Origin: Nitrospirota bacterium
Lineage (GTDB): Bacteria > Nitrospirota > Nitrospiria > Nitrospirales > NS-4
Reading direction: 5' to 3'
DNA length: 64,000 bases
NCBI GenBank assembly: GCA_005877815.1
Contig: VBOG01000107.1
Location: 51,437 to 115,436 of the forward strand
The notes under the pieces: model-generated
Seen by the model: only the letters and a program-made list of their open reading frames with translations
The model's database searches: none
Told to the model about the DNA's origin: nothing
Made by a program: the position numbers and the translations under genes
Shown: positions 29,340 through 39,937 of the stretch, in pieces
Position numbering within the stretch: the first letter of the stretch is position 1
Layout: the number at the start of each line of letters is the position of its first letter

Positions 29340-30563
29340 TCATTTCCACTCGGCGCGTAAACTCACGATCACCTGATTGCGATCGAACGAGGTGGTACCC
29401 AGCGAAGAGAAGCTCTGCATGAATTTCGTGTAGGTATATGTCAGCGATCCAGTGAGCACCCGTGTAATAGCGTAGTTCAGTCGCAAGACCGCGTCATAAG
29501 AACGAAACAATAGATGCTCCCCGGTCACGTTGGATTGGTTGTGCGCGTAATCGGCCACTGCGGTCAGCGTGAGAGGATCAGTCACGCGATGCAGCAGTGC
29601 GACCTTGAAAATCTGACTTTCCAACGGCAGCGCGGCCACCGCAAAACTCGGCAGAACTGATCTCGTATAGGAAAATGTGAACGTCGAATTCTCCGCCGCC
29701 CTCCACTGCAATGAGGCATCGCCTATGAAGCTCACCCGGTTGGTGGGTTGAATGTCGGCCGCCCCTGCCGCAAGATTCATCGTGAGCCTCTGATTCAGCA
29801 CACGGGCCCAGCCCACCGTTCCGCCCTGGGTCGTAAATCCTGGTACCTGCCCTCCGGCAAAGTCCGCTTGTTGGTATTGATAGGTGAGACTTACCGTGTC
29901 GTCACGGGAAACCTTGAATTGGGGTCCGGCATTGACGGTCTGAAACGTCGTCCGAAACAAACCGCCTTGCTGGGGATTTCCCAGGACGGTGCCAAACCGA
30001 AGAATCGAGTGCGTATAGGAAGCCCGTAGGTTCGTCAGGGCAGACAACTCGAAGTTGCCGTTGGCGGACGCCGTGTTCGTATAGGTATTGACGCGTTGCG
30101 GCTGGATCCCCGTGGCGAAAGGATTGAACCCTGCCGTGGCGCTGACAAATGCCGGCAACTCAGGAGTGAAGAAGAACGACTCTGCGACTTGCAGCTTCGC
30201 CCGCTTATCCAAACGCCCGACGAGCTGATCGAGATTCAGAACGAGCGAGCCATTCGCGGCCACGTAATTGAGATTTGAATTCTTCGCATAGCTTCCGACG
30301 ACCAAACCGCCCCGAAGACTTCCCTCCACCAGCCGGCCCGTATAATCGGCTCTCAGCTCCGGCGCCACGGTCGTGACGAAATCTTCCGTCTTACGACCGG
30401 TCGCGAACAGCACATTGCTGTCATAGCGCTCCGATACGACAAGCGCCGGCACGAATTTTAGTTCGGCCTCTGCGGGCGGCGCGTTCGACACCATCCCGAT
30501 CACTGTCAGCACGAACACCAACGATGGAACCGTCTGCCAGGATCGATGGGACTGATGCCGCAA
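29340..30563 (-). CDS. outer-membrane beta-barrel (polysaccharide-export-associated BBP2-like)
   Basis: Signal peptide, ERYDSNV, alternating beta strands, C-terminal RNQVIVSLRAEWK. Confidence 0.7.
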   Translation of the reverse strand: MRHQSHRSWQTVPSLVFVLTVIGMVSNAPPAEAELKFVPALVVSERYDSNVLFATGRKTEDFVTTVAPELRADYTGRLVEGSLRGGLVVGSYAKNSNLNYVAANGSLVLNLDQLVGRLDKRAKLQVAESFFFTPELPAFVSATAGFNPFATGIQPQRVNTYTNTASANGNFELSALTNLRASYTHSILRFGTVLGNPQQGGLFRTTFQTVNAGPQFKVSRDDTVSLTYQYQQADFAGGQVPGFTTQGGTVGWARVLNQRLTMNLAAGAADIQPTNRVSFIGDASLQWRAAENSTFTFSYTRSVLPSFAVAALPLESQIFKVALLHRVTDPLTLTAVADYAHNQSNVTGEHLLFRSYDAVLRLNYAITRVLTGSLTYTYTKFMQSFSSLGTTSFDRNQVIVSLRAEWK

Positions 30564-30820
30564 TGTGGGCCTCCTCAATCAGATGCACGCAGTTCTTACG
30601 TGTTCACCTTACCGTGCGAACTTATAAGGTCATATCGCTACTGTCAAGATGTACTGCCGATACCCATCTTTTGATGGTAATGCTGCCAGAAGGATGGACG
30701 ATGGACAACTCTTCGTGCGGCATTCCCTCTATATTTTAATACTAAAGATGGATTTACTAGAGAAAGTCCTTTCCCTATGTTGCGCATAGCTGAATCACGC
30801 CGAATCATTAGGAGGCGTTC

Positions 30821-31555
30821 ATGAGAACTGATGCAACAAAGGAATCGGTCCAGTATATGGAAACCATCGCCGAGAAACGGGTCGGTCCGGGCATTCTCAT
30901 GCTGACATCATCCATGCAACTGCTCTATCGGGATCGACGCTCCTGGGAACTCTGCGCCCAGATTAACAAACATCAGAGCGGGAAAGCCGCGAACGGCGTG
31001 TTGCCACCTGCCGTCGCTGACCTCTGCGTGAAAATAATGAAGGCGCTGCAGGTACGTCCCGAGGCCAAGGACTGGGAGCAGTTTCAGTTGCGGCGGATCG
31101 TCGGCGATCCGAAGCGTCCCATTTTGCTGTGCGGACTCGGGCTCCCCGATACAACCGGCAGCCAACAATCCCGGATCCTCATCATGATGGAAGAAATCGG
31201 ACGTCGGCAGGAGAGTGCGACCGAGGAAGCCAAGGAACGCTTCCATTTAACGGATCGGGAGATGCAGGTGGTTCAGAATCTCTTGAAGGGATGGACCAAC
31301 AAGGAAATCGCGAATGAACTGGGTGTCACGGAACAGACCGTCAAAGAGCATATCAAGCACATCATGGAAAAAACCCAGACCACCACGCGAACCGGCATCC
31401 TCGTGCAAGTCATTCATTTTGGTTTAGAACGTGAGACCCCGCCCGCGGTCGCCGAGCCTCCGGCTCCTAAGGACGAGAAGCCATCGCCCGCAAGCGGCAA
31501 GACACCCTTATTCAGCAAAGCCAACGGGGCCATTCGAAAGGCGGTCAGCCTCTGA
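30821..31555 (+). CDS. LuxR-type HTH transcriptional regulator
   Basis: LTDREMQVVQNLLKGWTNKEIANELGVTEQTVKEHIKHIMEK; GGAGG RBS. Confidence 0.9.
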   Translation: MRTDATKESVQYMETIAEKRVGPGILMLTSSMQLLYRDRRSWELCAQINKHQSGKAANGVLPPAVADLCVKIMKALQVRPEAKDWEQFQLRRIVGDPKRPILLCGLGLPDTTGSQQSRILIMMEEIGRRQESATEEAKERFHLTDREMQVVQNLLKGWTNKEIANELGVTEQTVKEHIKHIMEKTQTTTRTGILVQVIHFGLERETPPAVAEPPAPKDEKPSPASGKTPLFSKANGAIRKAVSL

Positions 31556-31586
31556 GGGAGCATACGAACGTCCCGCGGAGAATCGG

Positions 31587-31662
31587 TGGAGGCGCCGAGC
31601 GGGTTCGAACCGCTGCATCGCAGTTTTGCAGACTGCTCCCTTAGCCACTTGGGTACGGCGCC
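31587..31662 (-). tRNA. tRNA-Cys (GCA)
   Basis: GGCGCCG acceptor, anticodon loop CTGCAAA, GGTTCGAA, CCA end. Confidence 0.96.
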
Positions 31663-31696
31663 TTTCGTCAGAGTATAGCGGGAACCTGGCTGGAAA

Positions 31697-32869
31697 TCAC
31701 AGCTTGAGGACCGGTATCTCTCCCTTCCGAGGAGAGGTGGAGGGTGAGTGCTCATCGACGTCATGTCCCTGGCGGTCATTTCCGCTGTTCCCAGATATCT
31801 CGGCTTCTCTTTCCTTCGCCATGATTTCCACTTCGGCAAGCAAGGTTTCCATTAAATCCTCGGATTTTACCTTCCGCACGAGTTTGCCCTGCTTGAACAG
31901 AATCCCATGGCCCTCTCCGCCGGCAATTCCGATGTCCGCCTCTTTGCCTTCACCGATCCCATTGACGACGCATCCGAGAACAGAGACATTCAGGGGCACC
32001 TTGATGTGGCCCAACCTCTTTTCGAGTTCATTGGCTAATTTGACGACGTCGATCTCCACCCGGCCGCACGTGGGACAGGCGATGACATTGACACCGCGAT
32101 GCCTCAACTCAAGAGACTTCAGGATTTCAAAACCGACCTTCACTTCCTCCACGGGGTCGGCCGCCAGCGACACGCGGATGGTATCCCCGATACCGTCGGC
32201 CAGCAGCATCCCAATGCCAATCGCGGATTTGATGGACCCGGTGAGCAAGGTCCCCGCCTCGGTGATGCCAAGGTGCAAGGGGTAATCGGCCTGCAGCGAA
32301 AACAACCGGTAGGCGTCCACGGCCATATGGACGTCGGAAGCCTTCAATGACACTTTCATATTTGTAAACCCGATATCCTCGAGCGCATGGACTGCGTTCA
32401 AGGCCGATTCGCATAGCGCTTCCGCCGTCGGATAGCCGTATTTCGTCAGCAGCTCACGCTCCAGCGAGCCGCCGTTCACGCCGATGCGAAGAGGGATGTT
32501 CCGGTCCCGCACCGCTTTGACCACTTCCTCTACTTTCCACCAGGCGCCGATATTGCCGGGATTGATGCGAACACAGTCGACGACCTCCGCGGCCTTGAGA
32601 GCCAGGCGGTAGTCGAAATGAATGTCGGCAATTATCGGGATCTGTGTCTGAGCCTTGATCGCAGGCAGCGCATCAGCTGCCTCCGGAGTATTGACGGTTA
32701 CCCGGACAATCTCACAGCCGACCTGTTCCAGTTGATGAATTTGTTCGACCGTCGCCCCGACGTCGGCGGTATCGGGCGTCGTCATGGATTGCACCACGAC
32801 GGGCGCTCCCCCGCCCACCGGGACCCGCCCAACCTTGATTTGCTTCGTCTTGCGGCGTTTGATGAACAC
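31697..32869 (-). CDS. ispG: (E)-4-hydroxy-3-methylbut-2-enyl-diphosphate synthase
   Basis: VQSMT, ADIHF, RINPGN, CPTCGR, GCVVNGIGE. Confidence 0.97.
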   Translation of the reverse strand: MFIKRRKTKQIKVGRVPVGGGAPVVVQSMTTPDTADVGATVEQIHQLEQVGCEIVRVTVNTPEAADALPAIKAQTQIPIIADIHFDYRLALKAAEVVDCVRINPGNIGAWWKVEEVVKAVRDRNIPLRIGVNGGSLERELLTKYGYPTAEALCESALNAVHALEDIGFTNMKVSLKASDVHMAVDAYRLFSLQADYPLHLGITEAGTLLTGSIKSAIGIGMLLADGIGDTIRVSLAADPVEEVKVGFEILKSLELRHRGVNVIACPTCGRVEIDVVKLANELEKRLGHIKVPLNVSVLGCVVNGIGEGKEADIGIAGGEGHGILFKQGKLVRKVKSEDLMETLLAEVEIMAKEREAEISGNSGNDRQGHDVDEHSPSTSPRKGEIPVLKL

Positions 32870-34768
32870 TTATCGGCGCTCGTGGAGGCCCAGGCTTATT
32901 GGAGCCAGAAGCGCTTTCGCCTCATCATAGATGCCGTCTGCCGTCAGAAGATACTGCACACGAAGAAGATCTTGGGGCCCCTGTTCGATATATTTATCTG
33001 GCAGACCGAGCACTCTCGTCGGGATAGAGAAAATGCCCTGATCGGCAAGAGACTCCAGCACGGCAGAGCCAAACCCGCCCATTCGGCATCCTTCCTCGAC
33101 GGTCATCAGGCACTTTATTTTTTTCGCGACCTCCGCGATCAACACATGATCGAGCGGCTTCACGAATCGCGCATTCACCACGGCCGCTGAGATGCCTTCC
33201 TCTGCCAGTCGCTCCGCCGCCTGAAGAGCGGGCATCACGGTGACGCCGACAGCCATCAACGCAATGTCGCTTCCCTCCCGAAGCAGCTCGCCCTGGCCGA
33301 TCGGCAAACGCTTCGGAAATGGATCCATCTGGGTGCCAAGGGCGCTACCGCGGGGATACCGAACCGAGGCCGGACCCTCGTAGCTCAGGGCGGTCTTGAT
33401 CATATGCTGCAGTTCGTTCTCATCTTTCGGAGCCATCACGACCATATTGGGCACATGGCGAAGATAGGCGTAGTCGAAGGCCCCGTGGTGCGTCGTCCCG
33501 TCTTCGGCCACCAATCCTGCCCGATCAATGAGGATCGTCACGGGCAGGTTCTGCGTGGCGACATCATGGACGACCTGGTCGTAGGCTCGCTGCAGGAACG
33601 TGGAATACATGGCCACGACCGGCCTGGCGCCTTGAGTCGCCAGCCCCGCGGCGAAGGTGAGCGCATGTTGCTCGGCAATCCCGACGTCGTGAAATCGCTC
33701 GGGAAACTCCTTGGCAAATCCCGCCAATCCGGTCCCTTCGCTCATCGCCGCCGTGATGGCCACGATCCGGCGGTCTTCCCTCGCCAACCGGGTCAACGTG
33801 TTCATGGCCACCGCGGTATACGACGGCTTACCGGATGACTTCAAGGGACGTCCCGTCTCGCGCGCGAATGCCGGACAGGCATGAAACCACACCGGATCTT
33901 TCATGGCCGGCTCGTACCCCAACCCTTTTTTTGTGATGACATGCAGCAGCGTCGGTCCTTTGAGCTTCAGCACATTCTCGCACGTCCCCAAAAGGTGTTC
34001 GAAACTATGACCGTCAAGCGGACCCACATAGCGAAAGCCTAACTCCTCAAACAGAAGCCCCGGCAGGATCAGCCCCTTGGCCAGTTCCTCGGCGCGGTGC
34101 GCCATCCTGCTGATGGAACTCCCGATCATGGGGATGGCCCGTAGCAGATGTCCGGTTTCCTCTCGCATCCGTGTGATGAACTCTCCGGTGAAGGTGCGGT
34201 TCAAATAGGCCGAGAGGGAGCCCACGTTCGGCGAGATGGACATCTGATTGTCATTCAAGATCACCAAAAGGTCTTTTTGCAATCCTCCCGCGTGTTCCAT
34301 GGCTTCCAAGGTCATCCCGGATGTCATGGCACCGTCACCGACGACACACACAACCTTGTGATCCTGCCGTTCCAAGTCGCGCGCGACTGCCATCCCCACT
34401 GCGGCGGATACCCCCGTCCCGGCATGACCGGCATTGAATGTATCGTAGATGCTCTCTTCGCGTTTGCAGAACCCGCTCAATCCTCCATATTGCCGCAGCG
34501 TTGAAAATTGCTGCCGGCGCCCCGTCAGAAGTTTATGGGTATAGGCCTGATTGCTCGTGTCCCATACAATCTTGTCCTTGGGTGTCTGTAAGACATAGTG
34601 CAACGCCAGGGTCAATTCCACGACACCTAAGTTGGACGCCAGGTGTCCGCCCACCGCGGACGTCACTGAGATGATTTGTTCACGAATCTCCTCGGCCAGG
34701 AACGGAAGCTGATCAACCGGCAGGCGCTTCAAATCCGCAGGGGACTCAATCGTCTTGAGAAGCTGCAC
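32870..34768 (-). CDS. dxs: 1-deoxy-D-xylulose-5-phosphate synthase
   Basis: GGHLASNLG, GDGAMT...LNDN, DVGIAEQH, DRAGLV; GTG start after GGAGG. Confidence 0.97.
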   Translation of the reverse strand: MQLLKTIESPADLKRLPVDQLPFLAEEIREQIISVTSAVGGHLASNLGVVELTLALHYVLQTPKDKIVWDTSNQAYTHKLLTGRRQQFSTLRQYGGLSGFCKREESIYDTFNAGHAGTGVSAAVGMAVARDLERQDHKVVCVVGDGAMTSGMTLEAMEHAGGLQKDLLVILNDNQMSISPNVGSLSAYLNRTFTGEFITRMREETGHLLRAIPMIGSSISRMAHRAEELAKGLILPGLLFEELGFRYVGPLDGHSFEHLLGTCENVLKLKGPTLLHVITKKGLGYEPAMKDPVWFHACPAFARETGRPLKSSGKPSYTAVAMNTLTRLAREDRRIVAITAAMSEGTGLAGFAKEFPERFHDVGIAEQHALTFAAGLATQGARPVVAMYSTFLQRAYDQVVHDVATQNLPVTILIDRAGLVAEDGTTHHGAFDYAYLRHVPNMVVMAPKDENELQHMIKTALSYEGPASVRYPRGSALGTQMDPFPKRLPIGQGELLREGSDIALMAVGVTVMPALQAAERLAEEGISAAVVNARFVKPLDHVLIAEVAKKIKCLMTVEEGCRMGGFGSAVLESLADQGIFSIPTRVLGLPDKYIEQGPQDLLRVQYLLTADGIYDEAKALLAPISLGLHERR

Positions 34769-34868
34769 TGTATCCCTCCATGGAACCGACCTGATCTGTC
34801 TTGGAATGGTCTGAATAGTAAGTGAAATCGCGGTATTGTGACACAACCAAGGCGATCGTGTCAATGGA

Positions 34869-35921
34869 TTACAGCCGATGGTTTTGAGGGAGACGGTATG
34901 TCAAAACCATGCCGAGTGTAAAATCAGGCGCGGAATCCCGGATGAGATCCAAGTTTTCCACCCCATAGACTTGGAGAAGAAAGTCCTGACTCATCCGGCA
35001 TCCGAACGCGAGGACAGCTTCCGTCACCCCGTTGTCTAAGCCGTTGCTTCCCGTTCTCCCGAACGGCGACTGATAATAGTCGAACTGGCCGACGACGGAG
35101 AATTTCGGCGTGATCATGAATTCGACACCAGACATCGCCGTCCAATACGCGCGAAGCGCCAAATCGAGGTAATGTCCCGTGGGTAACATCTGATTCACGT
35201 TGAGATAGAAGACGACTCGATTCCATACCGTCTTCTGCAACACCAACCCCACTCCAAGATCCGCCACGCCAGTCCCAAACGCGCGACTTTTGTCTCCGAT
35301 CGGCACTTTTATGGCCGTCCGTAGCGCAATCGCCGGAAGATACGTGCTCTCCACAAACAGCAACGTCTTTGTGTACACGACGGTGTCGCTCAGACCAAAT
35401 GCACCGTTCGTGCCCTGGAGAAGCGGCTGACCGTTTCGTGCGAGCACATACGTGAATCCCTGATGCTTTAATTGCTCACGTATCGGAGCGGATCGATCGA
35501 AGAGACGTTCGGTCGCCGTAATCAGCCCATCCAGGGCGCCCGAATGATTGTAGCGGGAAATGACCTCGATGCCGACCTCCGTGTTCTCCATCGCTCCATA
35601 TCGAATGTCCAAAGCAGACCGCAGTTGATTCAACTTGAGCACGGCATTCACGCCCGTATTCGAGTCTCTGATGATGGTGCTGGTCTCTGCGAAGTCGCCA
35701 CGGATCATAAACTCGCCGCGGCTGACCGGAATTGCCGACTCCCCCGGCATCTGAAGCGACAACCCTTGGATCGGTTGGTAATTCCGTACCGGAACGGGTC
35801 CTTGCCCTTCCATGATCTCTGCAGCGAGAGTCTGTCCGGCAGACGAGAGCAACATGCTAGTAAGAAAAAATAGGATGGAGACCTGCCGACAGCGGCACGA
35901 TGGACAAGAGATGTTCAACAA
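34869..35921 (-). CDS. exported beta-barrel-like protein (DUF3187-like)
   Basis: Signal peptide, GPVPVRNYQP, GVENL...APDFTL. Confidence 0.65.
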   Translation of the reverse strand: MLNISCPSCRCRQVSILFFLTSMLLSSAGQTLAAEIMEGQGPVPVRNYQPIQGLSLQMPGESAIPVSRGEFMIRGDFAETSTIIRDSNTGVNAVLKLNQLRSALDIRYGAMENTEVGIEVISRYNHSGALDGLITATERLFDRSAPIREQLKHQGFTYVLARNGQPLLQGTNGAFGLSDTVVYTKTLLFVESTYLPAIALRTAIKVPIGDKSRAFGTGVADLGVGLVLQKTVWNRVVFYLNVNQMLPTGHYLDLALRAYWTAMSGVEFMITPKFSVVGQFDYYQSPFGRTGSNGLDNGVTEAVLAFGCRMSQDFLLQVYGVENLDLIRDSAPDFTLGMVLTYRLPQNHRL

Positions 35922-35960
35922 TACCTCAGGGTTTCCACGAAGGGATGTTCCCTAGACGAG

Positions 35961-37217
35961 TCAGAATGGAAAGTCCAGCCCCGCGAACACCGCATTCCCA
36001 TCGTTGCTCTTCGCAAAATCGACCCGTCCCACAACATTCGGGCGCGCGATGGCCCGAAAGCCGATGCCGGGATTGGCCTCGTATTGCGAGAAAGCCCGGT
36101 ATCGGAACGTCCTAGTCACCTTGCCAACATCCAGGAACGGAGCAGTCTCGACCTCTGCGACTGTGCCCAAGATTCTCAAATGAAAGAGCTGAATCCGCTC
36201 CTCGAAATTGAACAGGAGGGCATCGTTATCCACGAAACGCCCCACCCCGTACCCTCGCAACGAATTCTGTCCGCCCAGTGTGCTGCGCTCGAAAAATGGA
36301 ATGGCGTCGCCGCCGACGGTCGCGTCGAATTTCGCCCGAAACGCGAAGGTATATTGCTTGGTTTCGTTCGGAAGCAACCGCCGGTATTCAAAGCCATATC
36401 GGCTGAAGACCGTTGTGGCCTCCGCCGTCAGGGATTGGGCCAATTCAGCAAACATGCTGAAGAATGAGCCGATCGTTGGGGTCACAGTGTCATCCCGCGT
36501 GTCTTGGAGGAATCCGAGCTTATGTCCCAAGATTGTGGCTCCGTTCATTCCTTTGACGAAGGGAAAGACCACACGGCTGGATGGCAGATTCCTGTCATTG
36601 TCTGTATCCCCGATGGTGTCTCCTACCAGACCCCCAGTTTGAATCTCCACATTGCGAAGGCGTTCCGTGATCGTGACCCGGGTGCCCGGCCCGATATAAA
36701 GCCCGCCGGTGACAAGAGCATAGAGCTCGCGGTCCGTGTAATTACTCTCATTGGCCGCCGGCGTCTGGCTGCCGAGTCCGAAAAAACGCGCGGTGGCGTT
36801 TTTGAAAAATCCGCCGCTCGCCTCCAGGCTGTACTGCCCTCCGGAAAGGTAGAGATTGCGTGAGCTGAGAATGAATTTGCGCTCGATCCTTTCGGTGAAC
36901 GAGGTGATGAGAGTGATGTCCTGCCCGCGGGCGGGATATTTGAACAGGTTCAGGGTGAACCGGGACCCCAGGAACTGATTGTGGACGTACATGGGGGCTA
37001 CGATTTCATTGATCCGGCCGTCCGCGTCGCCATAAATGAACGGGACGATGACCCCGACATCAACGCCGTCGTTTTTGGAGGTGGAAACAGCGGGAATGAT
37101 AAAGTAGTTCGGATCCTTCGCATGCCCGCGCGTCTCGGTGAACGGGATCAGCGCGAGTGCGGCAATCAGAAGGCAGCCCCGGAGGCCCCATGAGGCTCCG
37201 CCGAGTTTCGTCATCAT
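35961..37217 (-). CDS. Omp85/BamA-TamA family barrel without POTRA domains
   Basis: LGGQNSLRGYGVGRFVD (VRGY-like motif), C-terminal LDFPF. Confidence 0.8.
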   Translation of the reverse strand: MMTKLGGASWGLRGCLLIAALALIPFTETRGHAKDPNYFIIPAVSTSKNDGVDVGVIVPFIYGDADGRINEIVAPMYVHNQFLGSRFTLNLFKYPARGQDITLITSFTERIERKFILSSRNLYLSGGQYSLEASGGFFKNATARFFGLGSQTPAANESNYTDRELYALVTGGLYIGPGTRVTITERLRNVEIQTGGLVGDTIGDTDNDRNLPSSRVVFPFVKGMNGATILGHKLGFLQDTRDDTVTPTIGSFFSMFAELAQSLTAEATTVFSRYGFEYRRLLPNETKQYTFAFRAKFDATVGGDAIPFFERSTLGGQNSLRGYGVGRFVDNDALLFNFEERIQLFHLRILGTVAEVETAPFLDVGKVTRTFRYRAFSQYEANPGIGFRAIARPNVVGRVDFAKSNDGNAVFAGLDFPF

Positions 37218-37224
37218 CCTACGA

Positions 37225-37845
37225 CTAAGGAGCGTCGATGCCTTTCGCCTTTTCGCGAAGCTGCTGTGCCAGTGCCTCAAACGACTCCTTATTAATGATG
37301 CGACGGAACTGTTCCCGATAGTTTTGGACGAGCCCTGTGCCCTCGACCACAACATCATAGACCCGCCATTCTCCGGAATTGTTATGCATTTTATAATCGA
37401 TCGGCACGATGGATTTCCCGGTATCAATCTGAGTTTTGACCTCGGCATAGTCTCCATCCGTAGTCTCTTTCAGGTACTGTACTTTTTCTCCGGAGTAGTT
37501 CTCGATCCTTCCGATGTAGGTATTGACGAGTAAGGTTTGAAATGATGCGACAAATTCCTTCTGCTCCTCCGGCGATCGCTTCGCCCATTCTTTCCCTAGC
37601 GTGCGCTTCGCCATTTCCGCATAGTTGAACCGGTGGCCGACCACTTCCTCCAACCGGACTCGGCGATCTTTCTTCTTGTCGAGTTTTTTCAATCCCGGAT
37701 CTTCAAGAATCTTGATCACCTCATCGATCGTCTGCTTCAGAGCGTCCGTCGGCGGCCCCGCCCAGGCTGTATCGGCAGAGGCCGCGCCGAGAAGGATCAC
37801 CGCGGCCATCACCGCGATGCCCAGCCCGTTTTTCACATATCCCAT
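37225..37845 (-). CDS. mlaC: MlaC/Ttg2D (HpnM-like) periplasmic lipid-binding protein
   Basis: WRVYDVVVEG, LVQNYREQF. Confidence 0.88.
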   Translation of the reverse strand: MGYVKNGLGIAVMAAVILLGAASADTAWAGPPTDALKQTIDEVIKILEDPGLKKLDKKKDRRVRLEEVVGHRFNYAEMAKRTLGKEWAKRSPEEQKEFVASFQTLLVNTYIGRIENYSGEKVQYLKETTDGDYAEVKTQIDTGKSIVPIDYKMHNNSGEWRVYDVVVEGTGLVQNYREQFRRIINKESFEALAQQLREKAKGIDAP

Positions 37846-37868
37846 TTCGATCTCCTTCGCATCGATCC

Positions 37869-38315
37869 TTATTTCACATTTCCATGGATGAATTCACCGA
37901 TGACCGATTCCAGATCGATTCCGGATTCCGTGTCGCGAATTTTCGCGCCCGGCGGCAATTCCTTGTCGGACCCGCCGGGAGTGATCGCCACATACTTGTC
38001 CCCGATCAACCCGCGCGTTTTGATCGAGGCGATCGCATCTCCGTAGATTTTCACGTCCGGCTTCAACGCCAATGTGACAAGCGCCCGTTCCCCATGGAGG
38101 CTGATGCCCTTCACCTGGCCGACCTGAACGCCCGCGATCTCAACGGTCGAACCCGCCTTCAAGCCGGCGACCGAATCGAACTCGGCCTGAATGTGGCGTT
38201 GATGGCTCGATCCGATCACCTCCAGTTTGCCGAGCTTGACGGCAAGATACGTGAGGGCCGCAATCCCGATCAGGACAAAGATGCCGACTATCACTTCAAT
38301 TTTGGTGTCATTCAT
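37869..38315 (-). CDS. mlaD: MCE-domain protein
   Basis: FDSVAGLKAGSTVEIAGVQVGQV, GLIGDKY. Confidence 0.92.
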   Translation of the reverse strand: MNDTKIEVIVGIFVLIGIAALTYLAVKLGKLEVIGSSHQRHIQAEFDSVAGLKAGSTVEIAGVQVGQVKGISLHGERALVTLALKPDVKIYGDAIASIKTRGLIGDKYVAITPGGSDKELPPGAKIRDTESGIDLESVIGEFIHGNVK

Positions 38316-38321
38316 CGAGGC

Positions 38322-39167
38322 CTATCCTTGTGATTGTTCCGTTCCTGTGGCCGCTGCGATTCCGGATGATTCGCACTGGCCGCCGACGTTAATAAATTCG
38401 CGAACGACGGGATGTGTCGTTCGCTGGAACTCCTTGGCAGTCGCCATCTCGACAATGACGCCGTCCAGCAGCATCGCTACATAATCGGAAATGCCGAAGA
38501 CTTCAGGGATCTCATGGCTGACCATCACGGCCGTAAAGCCGAACCGGCGTTGAGTCTCCACAATCAGGTCGTGGATCGTCCTCGCCAGCAAGGGGTCGAG
38601 CCCTGTCGTCGGCTCATCGAAAAGCATGATCTCCGGCCCCATGACAAGCGCGCGCGCCAATCCGGCCCGCTTCCGCATGCCACCGCTCAACTCAGCGGGA
38701 AATTTATGGCCCATATCTGGGAGACCGACCTCCTCAAGCATGGCCCGGACCTTCTGCTCGATCTCGGTTTCGGACAGTGCGGTTTTTTCGCGCAGGGGGA
38801 AGGCGACATTTTCAAACACCGACAGTGAATCGAACAGCGCGGCACCCTGGAAGAGCATCGCGAATTTTTTTCGCACCTCATTCAGCTGGTGAGCTCCCAA
38901 TGTGGTGATATCCACATCATCTACCAGCACCTGCCCTCGATCCGGTTTTAACAGCCCGATGAGATGCTTCAGCAGAACGCTCTTGCCGCCTCCGCTGCGG
39001 CCGATGATTGTCGTCAGCTTGCCGCGTGGAATGTCGAGATTTAGGCCTCTTAAGACAGGCTGCCCGCTGAATGTCTTCTCCACCCCGATCAAGCGAATGA
39101 CGGGATCACCGGACACCTTCCCTGTGTCCATTTGAACGGCGGCCGTGTTTGCGTGAGGAACGCTCAC
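38322..39167 (-). CDS. mlaF: Mla ABC transporter ATP-binding protein
   Basis: GRSGGGKS, LSGGMRKRAGLARAL, FDEPTTGLDP. Confidence 0.92.
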   Translation of the reverse strand: MSVPHANTAAVQMDTGKVSGDPVIRLIGVEKTFSGQPVLRGLNLDIPRGKLTTIIGRSGGGKSVLLKHLIGLLKPDRGQVLVDDVDITTLGAHQLNEVRKKFAMLFQGAALFDSLSVFENVAFPLREKTALSETEIEQKVRAMLEEVGLPDMGHKFPAELSGGMRKRAGLARALVMGPEIMLFDEPTTGLDPLLARTIHDLIVETQRRFGFTAVMVSHEIPEVFGISDYVAMLLDGVIVEMATAKEFQRTTHPVVREFINVGGQCESSGIAAATGTEQSQG

Positions 39168-39937
39168 AAGAGGACCGAGGTCAAAAAATAATCCCAAATA
39201 AGAATCAGCACAGAGGCCAGGACCACGGCCTCTGTCGTGGCTTTGCCGAGGCCCTCGGCGCTCATGCTGGTGTGGTACCCCTTGTACGTGCACACCCAGG
39301 TCACGATCAACCCGAAGCTCAGCGCTTTCAGAAAGCCTCCGGAGACGTCTTTCCATTCGACGCTGGATTCCATCGAACTCGTATAGGCGCCTGAACTGAC
39401 GCCAAGGAGTTGCACGCCGACCAGATAGCCTCCGTAGATGCCGATCAGATCGAAGATCGCGACCAGCATCGGCAAGACGAGGACACCGGCCAGGACTTTC
39501 GGAGCGATGAGGTATTGCATGGGGCTGATGGCCATCGTGTCCAGCGCGTCGATCTGCTCGGTAATGCGCATCAGCCCGATCTCAGCGGTCATGGCGGAGC
39601 CCGCCCTGCCGGTGACCATCAGCGCGGCAAGCACCGGTCCCAGTTCCCGGATGATGCTGAGCGCGACGGCGGACCCGAGGAGTCCTTCTGCACCGAATTT
39701 GCGGAGCGAATAATAGCCCTGAAGCCCCAATACCATCCCGGTAAAAGAGCCGGTCAGCACGATGACAAACAGGGACTTCACCCCGATAAAATGCATTTGT
39801 TTCAGCACCTGCACAAACCGAAACGGCGGACGGACCATCCAGGCAACCGTGCCGATCAGGAACAGCATCATTCGACCCATCTCCCGCAGGAGCCCAAGCG
39901 TGTGTCGGCCAAGACCGGCGACGGCGGTATCGATCAT
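39164..39937 (-). CDS. mlaE: Mla ABC transporter permease
   Basis: RELGPVLAALMVTGRAGSAMTAEIGLMRITEQIDAL. Confidence 0.93.
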   Translation of the reverse strand: MIDTAVAGLGRHTLGLLREMGRMMLFLIGTVAWMVRPPFRFVQVLKQMHFIGVKSLFVIVLTGSFTGMVLGLQGYYSLRKFGAEGLLGSAVALSIIRELGPVLAALMVTGRAGSAMTAEIGLMRITEQIDALDTMAISPMQYLIAPKVLAGVLVLPMLVAIFDLIGIYGGYLVGVQLLGVSSGAYTSSMESSVEWKDVSGGFLKALSFGLIVTWVCTYKGYHTSMSAEGLGKATTEAVVLASVLILIWDYFLTSVLL

